Below are positions 8,478 through 17,535 of a stretch of 64,000 nucleotides of DNA, piece after piece (position 1 is the first letter of the stretch; each line of letters opens with the position of its first letter). Source of the DNA: Abditibacteriaceae bacterium (GTDB lineage: Bacteria; Armatimonadota; Abditibacteriia; Abditibacteriales; Abditibacteriaceae); NCBI GenBank assembly GCA_965277285.1, contig OZ255721.1, positions 1,472,001-1,536,000 on the forward strand, given 5' to 3'. The notes under the pieces were generated by a model that was given only the letters and a program-made list of their open reading frames with translations, ran no database searches and was not told the DNA's origin. The translations under genes were made by a program, and so were the position numbers.

Positions 8478-11369
8478 TTAAGAGATCGAGATGGAGCCGC
8501 TGGTGAGCGGGCCGCTCGCGCTGTAGTACAGCGATTGGTTGCTGCGATACATCTGAAGACTGAAAGTATCTATGGAGTTGGGAGCGTGCGTGACGGTCAC
8601 CACAAAGGTCAAAGTGGGTGCGCCTTGTTGCTTGCCCAGTTTGTAAACACCCGAAAAAGTCCCGCTGGTACCGGCATCATTCACAGTCAAAATTTGCACT
8701 ATCGCGTTGACGATAACTGGGCCATTGTTGCGCGAGAAAGTGAAAGTGCCGAACGCTTGCGGCCCGCCGTTGACCGTTGTCGCGCTGAAGCCGAACTTCC
8801 CTTTCCTGTTGCCCGATGTGGCGATGGTGCCATAGCCGCTCACATGACGGATATAAGGTTTGACCGTAATCGAGACAGTAGCGATATTGCTGTCGAGAGT
8901 ACCATCGTTCGCCTTGAAGGTGAATGAATCGGAGCCGACGAAGCCTGCCGTCGGCGTGTACGTTACCGACGAGCCGACGACGCTCAACGAGCCGTGGCTG
9001 GGGCCGGACACGATGATGTAGGTCAGCGCGTCGTTATCCACATCGCTCGCGCTGAGCGTGATTTGGACGGGCCTGTTGGCGAAGGTCGACACGCTTCGGT
9101 TACTTACCACCGGCGCATTATCGAGTACTGTCACCGTGACCGTGCCGGTGGCCGTGCCACCATGTCCATCGCTGATGGTGTAAGTAAAGCTGTCTGTGCC
9201 GTGGAATCCGGCTGCCGGTTGATAAAACACCTGGCCGTTGTTCAGCGTGACTGTACCATGTTGAGGCTGCGTTACGGCTGTAACGGTCAGTGTGTAGTTG
9301 CTGGGAGAAGTGTCGTTGCCCAGCACGTTGACCTGCGTGGCCGACGATTCCGCCTGCACCGAGATGGAATCGGCATTGGCAATCGGCGCAGCGGTAACGA
9401 TCGATGCAATCGCGGCGGGAACGGTGATAATGCCGTAGCCGGAATCGCGGTCGTAGCCAGGCGCTTCAATGTCGAGCGCCGTGCTTTGCAAAGCGTTGCG
9501 CACCTGCGCCGGAGTGAGAGAATGGTTGTAAGACAAAAGTAGACCGGCAATCGCCGCCGCGTGCGGAGCAGCCGCCGACGTACCGTAAAATGGCGAATAT
9601 CCAGAAACGCTTGTCGAAACGCCATCTGCAGCCGTGATGTCCGGCTTCGGCAGAATGCGCCCGCCCGTCGAGGACACATTGCCGGGCGTGATGACCGTGC
9701 CATCGGGATTGTAAAAAAGATGGCGTGGTCCATCGGAGCTAAAATATTCGACCGGGTTGCTGGCGCCGCCGACAAAGGGCGTGGTGCCGGAAACTCTGGT
9801 GGCCGCCACGCTGAAGGCGTTGTCGGCTCCGGCGGCGTTATGACCAGAAACATTGCCCGGCGTATTGATGGCGAGCTGTCCGCGTCCTGTGTCCAGGTAA
9901 AGATAGCGGGCAGCAGCGGTGGTCGCTTTCACAATGACGACACGCTCGCCGTCGGATATAGTGTCGATGTGCTCATACGGGTCTTGCCCACCGTTTTGCG
10001 TGGTCGTGGATGCCACCACCACATTGCCGTTGCTATCGGTGACATACAAATCGTAGTCGTTAGAGGATGCGCCCAGCGGATCGCTCCAGAACAAATCCAA
10101 TTCGTCATCTGTGCTGACGTTGCTCACAATGTCATAAGTCGAACCGCCGAAATCGTGCAGGCGCCCGGTGGCTATCGTAGCTGCGCCGCCGTCCACAAAA
10201 TCGCCTGTCCAGGTGCCGGACGTTCCGTGATCTTTGTTGCCCGAATTGCGGGCGGACGAGAAGTAAAGCCCGCCGCTATTGGAAACATCGTACACCGCTT
10301 GCTCGATGACGCCGGCCTGAAAGGGCGACTCATCGAAGTAACTCACATCATCGACGATGATGTCGCAGCCCGCGCTTCGCAGGTCATGGATGTTTTGCGC
10401 CATGCTGTCCTCGCCGTTGAACGCCGTTGCAAAATAAAGCTTGGCGCCGGGAGCCAGGTCATGAACGATTTCCAACATGGCCGTGCCTTCATCGCCATCG
10501 CCCGCTTGTCCCGACAGCACCGTCGTGTCGGCTGGCAAGTCGCCCGTCGAAATCGACGTGCTCAGGCTGTTCACGCCATTGGAAAGCACGCCGATCTTGA
10601 CGCCTGTTCCATCAATGCCATACGTGCTGCGCGCTTCCGCCGCACGATGCGCGAAATCGCCTTCCGAAGTCACGCTGCCGACATTTGTACCAACACCCGC
10701 GGCTCCGATCTGGCGCGACAAAATTTGCGCCACGCGAAACGTTTTGGCGTTGGGCATTTTGCGCTGCATCGTTGTACCCAGCACCTTCGTTCCCTGCGAT
10801 GGCGTTCTTGTGATTGTTGTGCCACTGCCTGGTCGAAGAATCGCTGATTTTTGCGTAGAAATGTTGGGCCGGTTGTTGATGGGACGAGCGGCGCGCTGGA
10901 TAAAAATCACGTCGTTGCGCGCCGCGAGGCTTTCAATGGCGCTCAGTGGCAGCAACGCTTCGATCCTATGAAGCGATGGAAAAAGGGAAATCACCTGGCC
11001 ACCGCTGTTGGTGATCTGCTGCAATAAGGTCGCGGTTACCACAGCGCGAATGTCTACTTTCACGCGCCCGTCGGCTTCCAATCGCACATCGGCGCGCAGC
11101 TGTGGCGCTCTGGAGACCGCCGCCAGGCGATGGTTTTCGCGCGCGGCGTAAATAAGCTGCGAATCCATCTTTTGCTGCGCCACGGTGCGAGTGGCTTTGT
11201 CGGCGGCAATGGCCGCGATTTGGTTAAGCGTCGCCGACGATAATTTAGCGCTTTGCGCATTGGCGGAAGCCGTGTATCCCAGCGCCAGCGCCAAGGTTGC
11301 AGCCGCTTTTCCCAGCGCGGCCAAACGCCGTTCCGCGTTCCCGTTCTTGAACCTTTGCATCCATTTCAT
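8478..11369 (-). CDS. Secreted S8/S53-like serine peptidase with Ig-like domains and shared C-terminal domain
   Basis: Paralog of 5579..8101; DEGTAMLE and GTSAAAPHAAA; the last ~120 aa align with the C-terminus of 1365..3821. Confidence 0.85.
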   Translation of the reverse strand: MKWMQRFKNGNAERRLAALGKAAATLALALGYTASANAQSAKLSSATLNQIAAIAADKATRTVAQQKMDSQLIYAARENHRLAAVSRAPQLRADVRLEADGRVKVDIRAVVTATLLQQITNSGGQVISLFPSLHRIEALLPLSAIESLAARNDVIFIQRAARPINNRPNISTQKSAILRPGSGTTITRTPSQGTKVLGTTMQRKMPNAKTFRVAQILSRQIGAAGVGTNVGSVTSEGDFAHRAAEARSTYGIDGTGVKIGVLSNGVNSLSTSISTGDLPADTTVLSGQAGDGDEGTAMLEIVHDLAPGAKLYFATAFNGEDSMAQNIHDLRSAGCDIIVDDVSYFDESPFQAGVIEQAVYDVSNSGGLYFSSARNSGNKDHGTSGTWTGDFVDGGAATIATGRLHDFGGSTYDIVSNVSTDDELDLFWSDPLGASSNDYDLYVTDSNGNVVVASTTTQNGGQDPYEHIDTISDGERVVIVKATTAAARYLYLDTGRGQLAINTPGNVSGHNAAGADNAFSVAATRVSGTTPFVGGASNPVEYFSSDGPRHLFYNPDGTVITPGNVSSTGGRILPKPDITAADGVSTSVSGYSPFYGTSAAAPHAAAIAGLLLSYNHSLTPAQVRNALQSTALDIEAPGYDRDSGYGIITVPAAIASIVTAAPIANADSISVQAESSATQVNVLGNDTSPSNYTLTVTAVTQPQHGTVTLNNGQVFYQPAAGFHGTDSFTYTISDGHGGTATGTVTVTVLDNAPVVSNRSVSTFANRPVQITLSASDVDNDALTYIIVSGPSHGSLSVVGSSVTYTPTAGFVGSDSFTFKANDGTLDSNIATVSITVKPYIRHVSGYGTIATSGNRKGKFGFSATTVNGGPQAFGTFTFSRNNGPVIVNAIVQILTVNDAGTSGTFSGVYKLGKQQGAPTLTFVVTVTHAPNSIDTFSLQMYRSNQSLYYSASGPLTSGSISIS

Positions 11370-11681
11370 AAAACCCTCTTGCCGGACAAGATATGATGGC
11401 GACTACACAACGTTCTTGCTGCAGTCACTTCAAGCATCCGCAGCCTTTTTGTGTTCCGCTACATTGTAGAAGGAAATACGAAAAATAGCAATCTTCTATT
11501 ATCTATCGAGTATTACCTATCGAGTACTCGATTCCGTTGGCCAACATGCCTCGCTCCTTCTTATTCTGCGTTCCGCTACATTCTACGTTCCGCTATTCAG
11601 GCAACAACCAATCGGACCGGCGAAACGCGGCCTCGCGCGCCTGAAAAGGTAAAATTATGTCGGTTTCTTAATTCATTCTGA

Positions 11682-12538
11682 GAGGGTGTATAGGAATCAC
11701 GCAAGCCTTCGGAGCATAAGCCGGATCATGGCGAGATAAATCCAGGTTTCACTTGATTTGACATTTTGCTCATAGTCTTTTGAAAGCCTTCGACATCTTC
11801 CCAACCATGCAAAAGTTCTTTCGACAACCCAGCGACGCGGCAACGGCACGTAGCCTTTGTTTTCATATTGACGGTTCACCAGGGCATTGCGGCTTATCAC
11901 TCGGAGCGCAACGCCACAGTTTTCTCGCACCCAAGCCGCGAACTTGTGTCCCCAGTAGCCTGCATCCGCCCAAATCAACTGCAAACGTTGTGAAGGAAAG
12001 CGCCACAGGGCTTTGTCTTGCAAAAGTAATTTGGCTCCGTCACGCTCTTGAACGTTGGCAGCATGAACACACACTTGCAACAACAAGCCGTTGGTATCCA
12101 CCAGAATATGACGCTTGCGCCCTTTTATTTTCTTGGCTGCATCAAAGCCTTTTGGCCCCCTTTTTCTGTGGTTTTGACGCTCTGGCTGTCCAGAATCGCT
12201 GCGCTGGGCGCCTCATCCCGTCCATCGGCCTGGCGCACTTGAGAACGCAACGAACTGTGGATACCTTCGAGAGTGCCGTTGTCACGCCGGCGCCGGAAGT
12301 GATACCAAACCACAGTGTAAGGCGGAAAATCGTGAGGCAAAGCACGCCACGAGCAGCCGTTGGTCAACTGATACAACAAAGCGTTGACGATCTCGCGTTG
12401 GGCGTAAAGCCTGCGCGTACCGCGCGCACGCTGTGGCTCGATCAAAGGGCGCAGCACTTGCCATTGTGCCTCGCTCAAATCACTGGGATAGCTCTGGCGT
12501 TTCATAAATGTAAGTCTAACCCTTTCCTATACACCCTC
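11682..12538 (-). mobile_element. IS5-family (IS1031-like) insertion sequence, ~857 bp
   Basis: Perfect terminal inverted repeats AGAGGGTGTATAGGAA (11681-11696) and TTCCTATACACCCTCT (12524-12539) around a split DDE transposase. Confidence 0.9.
11697..12505 (-). CDS. IS5-family transposase in two frames (orfA 12125-12505, orfB to 11697), joined by a -1 shift
   Basis: orfA YPSDLS..QW...[13 protein letters not shown]...ILDSQSVK; shifted frame [23 protein letters not shown]...WADAGY...[18 protein letters not shown]5G5 run at 12156-12165. Confidence 0.85.
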
Positions 12539-12555
12539 TAAGGTGGCGAGTTCTC

Positions 12556-13488
12556 ATGGAAAGCGTTTCGCGCACGGAACAAATTGAAGGCGGTTTGATC
12601 GGACTTTTGGTCGGCGACGCTTTGGGCGTGCCCTATGAATTTCATGCGCCGCAAAGTGTTCCGCCGTCGCATCAAATTGAGTTCAAGCCACCACTCGATT
12701 TTCGACGCTCGCATTCGGGCGTGACGCCTGGAACCTGGTCGGACGACGGCGCACAAGCGCTTTGCCTGCTGGCTTCGCTGCTAGAATGTGATCGCTTCGA
12801 TGCCGACGATTTCGGGCGTCGCCTGACGATGTGGTACGACAGCGGTTACATGGCGGTCGATGGCGTGGTTTTCGATGTCGGCTTCACGACGGGCGCCGCG
12901 ATTCGCGCCATGAAAGAAGGCGTTCCCGCGCTCGAAGCCGGATTGAACGACGAATCTGCGAACGGCAACGGCTCGCTGATGCGCGTTTTGCCGCTCGCGT
13001 TATGGCACAAAGGCAGCGACATTTCGCTGATTAGCGACGCGCATTTGCAATCGCGCGTGACCCACGGTCATTTGCGCTCACAAATCTGCTGTGCCTTATA
13101 TTGTTTGTGGGCGCGTCGAGTACTCGATAACGAATATGACGCCTGGAACGATGCGGTCGAAACGCTGCGCGATGTTTACAAAAGCAATGATGCCGCGACC
13201 GCCGAACTGGAATGGTCGGTTCGTCCCGATGACGACACGCCGGGGCGCGGTTCCGGCTACGTTGTCGACTGCTTGCGTTCAGCGCGCGATGCCAGTCAGC
13301 AACACACCTTCGCCGAAGCCGTGCGCTATGCCATCGGTCTGGGACACGACACCGATACAACAGCGTGCGTGACGGGCGGCGTCGTCGGCTTGCGATTGGG
13401 CATCAACGCCATTCCCACGCGCTGGGCGCACGGCTTGAAAGGCCGCGACATGGTCGAACCTTTGTGCGAACAATTGAAGCAACGTTGA
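12556..13488 (+). CDS. ADP-ribosylglycohydrolase (DraG/ARH family)
   Basis: GDALG, WSDD, GNGSLMR, THGH and DTDTTACVTG motifs. Confidence 0.9.
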   Translation: MESVSRTEQIEGGLIGLLVGDALGVPYEFHAPQSVPPSHQIEFKPPLDFRRSHSGVTPGTWSDDGAQALCLLASLLECDRFDADDFGRRLTMWYDSGYMAVDGVVFDVGFTTGAAIRAMKEGVPALEAGLNDESANGNGSLMRVLPLALWHKGSDISLISDAHLQSRVTHGHLRSQICCALYCLWARRVLDNEYDAWNDAVETLRDVYKSNDAATAELEWSVRPDDDTPGRGSGYVVDCLRSARDASQQHTFAEAVRYAIGLGHDTDTTACVTGGVVGLRLGINAIPTRWAHGLKGRDMVEPLCEQLKQR

Positions 13489-13579
13489 ACAGAAGTCGAG
13501 TACTCGAAACGAGCAATTAAGAGCGCAACTCGCTCCTTTGGACAGAACGAAGTTCGGCAATAACGCAAGAAATTCGGTG

Positions 13580-13653
13580 TTTGTAGGGGCTTGGCTTGCC
13601 ACGCCCGTCTGAACGTTTACCGACACGGGCGTGGCAAGCCAAGCCCCTACAAA
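13580..13653. repeat. GTAG-type REP doublet (REPIN-like)
   Basis: 29-bp perfect inverted repeat TTTGTAGGGGCTTGGCTTGCCACGCCCGT with a 16-bp spacer. Confidence 0.75.
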
Positions 13654-13708
13654 TAATACGGATATCCGGCAGTTTGCTGGACAAATAAAAACGGTTTTGC
13701 ACCGTAAG

Positions 13709-14134
13709 TTAATAAGAATCCAGGCCGGAGTAGCCGCCGCTGGAAATGACGGCGACGGCGTCCATTTCAATCGCGGCGTCTTTGGGCAGGCGCGAAACTT
13801 CGACGCACGAGCGCGCGGGCGGCAGACGACGGCTATTGTCGCTGTTCGGGAAAAACAACGCGAAAACGCGATTCATTTCATCGAAATCATCCAGGTTCGT
13901 CATGTAGATACTGATTTTCATCACATCGTCCATCGTGGCTTCGGCTTCTTCCAAAATCGCCTGAATGTTGAGCAAAACGCGCTCGGTTTGCACCGCGATA
14001 CTGCCCGTCACCATCTGACGGTTGGGATCCATCGGCAATTGACCCGACACGTAAACGATATTATCGGCCTTGGTCGCCTGCGCATACGGCCCCAAAACGG
14101 GCGGTGCTTCGACAGTGGCTATAACTTGTTTCAT
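13709..14134 (-). CDS. ridA: RidA/YjgF family deaminase
   Basis: APPVLGPYAQA, VSGQLP, PARSCVEVSRLPK..IEMDAVA. Confidence 0.85.
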   Translation of the reverse strand: MKQVIATVEAPPVLGPYAQATKADNIVYVSGQLPMDPNRQMVTGSIAVQTERVLLNIQAILEEAEATMDDVMKISIYMTNLDDFDEMNRVFALFFPNSDNSRRLPPARSCVEVSRLPKDAAIEMDAVAVISSGGYSGLDSY

Positions 14135-14967
14135 ACTTTAGTTTTCTCCTGATAACGAACGGCTTTCTTCCAATCGCTTTCCTTATCCACATCGAAAGCA
14201 ATCGTGGCGTCCTTCATTTCTACTGCGCCAACGCGGCAATCGAGTACTCGTTGCACAGCATGTTCCACTTCCGCGACGCTCAATTTTTTACGCAGGAACT
14301 TCCATAAGAAATTCGATCCCAGCAATTTCGCCAATGCCATCGGGTTTTTGCGCGCGCGATACGCCGCTTCCAACAGTTCGCTGACTTTATCTGCCAGGCG
14401 CAATGGGACAATAACCGCGTTGCCGCCCGTATATTCGCCGTCCGTCAACTTGACATAGGTTCGTTTGCCACCCGAAAACTGCGCTTCGCTGACGCTGCGA
14501 CGCACAATCGGATAAGCCAATTCCAACTTCTTCTGGCGCGCTGCTTCAATAAAGTCCGTAAACGTTTGCGGCATAACCAACGGAATATCGCAAGTGCAAA
14601 CGAGAACTTGCACGTTCGCCGTGCTGGTTGTCGTTGTGCTGGTTGTCGTTGTGCCGCTGACGCCACTACGAATCAGCGTCGCAATGCCTTCGTTTTTGAG
14701 CGTGTTCATGCCGCGCCCGAAGTTTTGCGTCATGCTCGCGCCGGCGGGAACGCGCAAAATGTCGGGATGCGCTTCGCCGCACAATTCCAAAATTTGCTCG
14801 CTGCCAACGACCGCAATGCGCTCGATTTCCGCCGTGCCACGCAACGCATCGAGTACTCGAACGACCATCGCGCGGTTGCCGACTTCAATCGCCGCGCGTT
14901 CTCCACTGCCCGTCGCCTTAAACAATTCCGTCGAAGATTCGCCACCGGCGAGAATAAGAGCGTCCAT
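14131..14967 (-). CDS. MobA-like nucleotidyltransferase family protein
   Basis: DALILAGG start, TCDIPL, FDVDK. Confidence 0.75.
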   Translation of the reverse strand: MDALILAGGESSTELFKATGSGERAAIEVGNRAMVVRVLDALRGTAEIERIAVVGSEQILELCGEAHPDILRVPAGASMTQNFGRGMNTLKNEGIATLIRSGVSGTTTTSTTTTSTANVQVLVCTCDIPLVMPQTFTDFIEAARQKKLELAYPIVRRSVSEAQFSGGKRTYVKLTDGEYTGGNAVIVPLRLADKVSELLEAAYRARKNPMALAKLLGSNFLWKFLRKKLSVAEVEHAVQRVLDCRVGAVEMKDATIAFDVDKESDWKKAVRYQEKTKV

Positions 14968-14976
14968 AAGAGAGAA

Positions 14977-15052
14977 AGGATGAGGTTAAAGGGATGAGGG
15001 ATGCGTTGACGACGCTTTGAGGACTCATCCTTCATCCCTTTAACCTCGTCCC
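14977..15052. repeat. Hairpin built from GGATGAG/CTTCATC heptamers
   Basis: AGGATGAGGTTAAAGGGATGAGGGATG ... CATCCTTCATCCCTTTAACCTCGTCCT. Confidence 0.55.
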
Positions 15053-15056
15053 TATT

Positions 15057-16058
15057 TTAGATGTTGCCAGGAAACATGCTTGGTGGCGTCGCAACGGCGG
15101 ATGGTGGTGATGCTGCGGACAACGCCGCGGGATTTTGTTCGGGTGCGTTGGCGTGCAAACCGGTAGCGGCGGAAGCGGCATCGGCTTGCTGCTTCAAAGC
15201 CGCATATTGCATACCGCCGCCCAGGTTCATGGTTTCCAGCGCGCTCGACGGCACGATAATCAAAGAACCTTTGTCCTTCATGCCTTCATACAACATGTTC
15301 ATGGCGCGCAAGTGCAAAGCGACCGGACTTTTCTCGTACATAACAGCAGCTTCCATGAACTTGTGCGCGATTTGCGTTTCGCTTTCGCCCAAGATAATAC
15401 GCGCCTGACGCTCGCGTTCGGCCTGCGCCTGACGGCTCATCGCGTCCTGCAACGGGCCGGGAATAATCACGTCGCGGATTTCGACGCTTTCCACACGCAC
15501 GCCCCACGGCTCGGTTCGGCTGTCGATCAAGGCTTTCAAAACGGCGTCGATCTTCTCGCGCCCCGATAAAACATCGGCCAAAGTCGAGCGACCAATCACG
15601 TCGCGCAAAGCGGTTTGCGCCGCCCAACCGACGCTTTGATCGTATTGCGCGACTTCCAAAACCGCTTTTTCGGGATCAATCACGCGCCAGAACAAAACCG
15701 CGTCCACGTCGACTGGAACCGTGTCGGCTGTGATGGTTTGCTCGGCGCGAAAGGTCGAGGAAATCGTGCGCAAGTCGATGACGCTGGAAACGGTTTCAAC
15801 CAGCGGCGTGATGAAGAACAAGCCCGGGCCGCGCAATCCGGCGAACTTGCCCAAGCGCAGCACAATCGCGCGCTGCCATTGCGCCACCATGCGGACAGAA
15901 GACGAAAGGAGCCAGGCCGCGACGAAGCCCAAGAACCAGATCACGACGCCAGTCAAAGGCGACGCTTGATAGGCGCCCAATCCGATGAACCCGAATAACG
16001 CCAAAATGACTAAAAAGACGAAAAACTTGAGACCGGCATCCACTCGCGCAGTTTGCAT
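15057..16058 (-). CDS. SPFH/stomatin (slipin) family membrane protein
   Basis: N-terminal TM segments; RLGKF...GPGLFF...AQTALRDVIG...AMSRQAQAERERQA. Confidence 0.9.
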   Translation of the reverse strand: MQTARVDAGLKFFVFLVILALFGFIGLGAYQASPLTGVVIWFLGFVAAWLLSSSVRMVAQWQRAIVLRLGKFAGLRGPGLFFITPLVETVSSVIDLRTISSTFRAEQTITADTVPVDVDAVLFWRVIDPEKAVLEVAQYDQSVGWAAQTALRDVIGRSTLADVLSGREKIDAVLKALIDSRTEPWGVRVESVEIRDVIIPGPLQDAMSRQAQAERERQARIILGESETQIAHKFMEAAVMYEKSPVALHLRAMNMLYEGMKDKGSLIIVPSSALETMNLGGGMQYAALKQQADAASAATGLHANAPEQNPAALSAASPPSAVATPPSMFPGNI

Positions 16059-16095
16059 AACGCTTCCCCTTCCTCTTTCGAGTACTCGATTTGTT

Positions 16096-16812
16096 CTATC
16101 TCGTCATCATAGCACAAAAATTGTCAAACACACGACGCGAATGAGCGCGCGTCACGCTTTCTAATTCCCGCCCCAGACGCCGCATTTCGGCCAGACTTTG
16201 CGCGCCTTCGACTTCGCACATCGCATCGTCGCTGCTGAGCCAACTTTCCAGTTCTTCAAGTGAAACTTCCAGATGAAATTGCAGGCCGAACGCGTAACGA
16301 CCAACTTGCAACGCCTGATTGGGACACGCTGCCGAAAACGCGAGATTCGTTCCGTCCTGTGGAATCTCGAACATATCGCCGTGCCATTGTAATGTCTTGA
16401 AGGTTCGCGGCAAACCGGCGAAAATCGCGCTTTGTTGTCCGGCCTGGTTCAGTTCGACATCCAGCCAGCCGACTTCGGGTTGCGGCGAACGCACGACCTG
16501 CACTCCGGCGGCTTTAGCCAACAGTTGCGCGCCCAGACACAAACCTAAAAACGGCACCTCGTTTTGCAGACAATTTTGAATCAAGGCGTTTTCATCGCGC
16601 AGCCACGAATAATGATCTTCTTCATCGACATTCATCGGGCCGCCAAGAGAAACCACTGCGTCAACACGATTCGAGTACTCGATAACCGAACGCGGAATTG
16701 TTTCGCCATCAAACGCGCGTACATAATGAACTTGCGCGCCGATGTCGTTGAAAAACTCGTCCCACCAACCCAGATTTTCGGTCGCCGCGTGCTGCGTCAC
16801 CAGAACGTTCAT
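16096..16812 (-). CDS. Type 1 glutamine amidotransferase
   Basis: LGGPM, LGLCLGAQL, QWHGD, GLQFHLE. Confidence 0.9.
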   Translation of the reverse strand: MNVLVTQHAATENLGWWDEFFNDIGAQVHYVRAFDGETIPRSVIEYSNRVDAVVSLGGPMNVDEEDHYSWLRDENALIQNCLQNEVPFLGLCLGAQLLAKAAGVQVVRSPQPEVGWLDVELNQAGQQSAIFAGLPRTFKTLQWHGDMFEIPQDGTNLAFSAACPNQALQVGRYAFGLQFHLEVSLEELESWLSSDDAMCEVEGAQSLAEMRRLGRELESVTRAHSRRVFDNFCAMMTR

Positions 16813-16839
16813 GCGCCTTTATCTTAGCATAGTTACAGG

Positions 16840-17436
16840 TTATTTTTGATGTCGTTCTTGCAAACGCAAAATGTATTGGCGAACTTTATTTTCATAATCA
16901 TCGAGATATATTGCATATATGTTTTCTGTGTCAAGGCTGCGTGTAAAAGCGATCTCATGCAAGATCCCATCTGAGTCATCAAGCGTTAATCCGTGGATGT
17001 CCCATAAAATACCGGAAGGCCATTCGTGCTGAGAGTACGCAAACCAATTGATGTTGGTTTGCAATAACTCGCGTCGAACTTCGTCCGAAGGTTTTAAGTT
17101 ATAAGCCTGCTTGAGTAAGTCGTAAGGAGACTCGCTCAACTGCGATAAGGCTTTTTCATTCGACGAACGGCTTTGCGACGTTTTTACCAGCCACAAAATT
17201 GACCATACATCTTTTCGTTTGTAGCCCTCAAGCAAAACCGGAAAAATAATCTGCTCGTAAAGTTCGTGGCGAACTTTGTGGCCGAAATCCCCTGTTTCCA
17301 GAAAGTGCTGTGTCCATGCTTGTTTTTCATCGAACGAATCGAATGACGCAATGAAATCGTTCAACGCGTTGCGCGCTTCGTCTTTCTGACCCAAATTTTT
17401 TAATGTCACATATTGTTCGTAGAGTTCGGGTTTCAT
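16840..17436 (-). CDS. Hypothetical protein, AT-richer than neighbours
   Basis: Open frame from ATG 17436 (MKPELYEQY...); the longer ORF-track start reads through a REP hairpin. Confidence 0.6.
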   Translation of the reverse strand: MKPELYEQYVTLKNLGQKDEARNALNDFIASFDSFDEKQAWTQHFLETGDFGHKVRHELYEQIIFPVLLEGYKRKDVWSILWLVKTSQSRSSNEKALSQLSESPYDLLKQAYNLKPSDEVRRELLQTNINWFAYSQHEWPSGILWDIHGLTLDDSDGILHEIAFTRSLDTENIYAIYLDDYENKVRQYILRLQERHQK

Positions 17437-17455
17437 TCGAGTACTCGATATTGGC

Positions 17456-17526
17456 CAACGAACCCGAAGCGTCAGCGAGGGAGATAATTTGTATTGATCT
17501 CCCTCGCTGACGCTTCGGGTTCGTTG
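17456..17526. repeat. REP-like long inverted repeat
   Basis: 30-bp arms CAACGAACCCGAAGCGTCAGCGAGGGAGAT with an 11-bp spacer; a single similar arm near 5533-5552. Confidence 0.75.
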
Positions 17527-17535
17527 ACGCACGTT

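Noticed and set aside
6236..10847. Long antisense ORFs such as 6236..7576 and 9561..10847 (also 1443..2684, 17767..19179, 33145..34620, 37278..38678)
   Set aside because: They are shadow frames opposite well-supported genes and have no recognisable motifs
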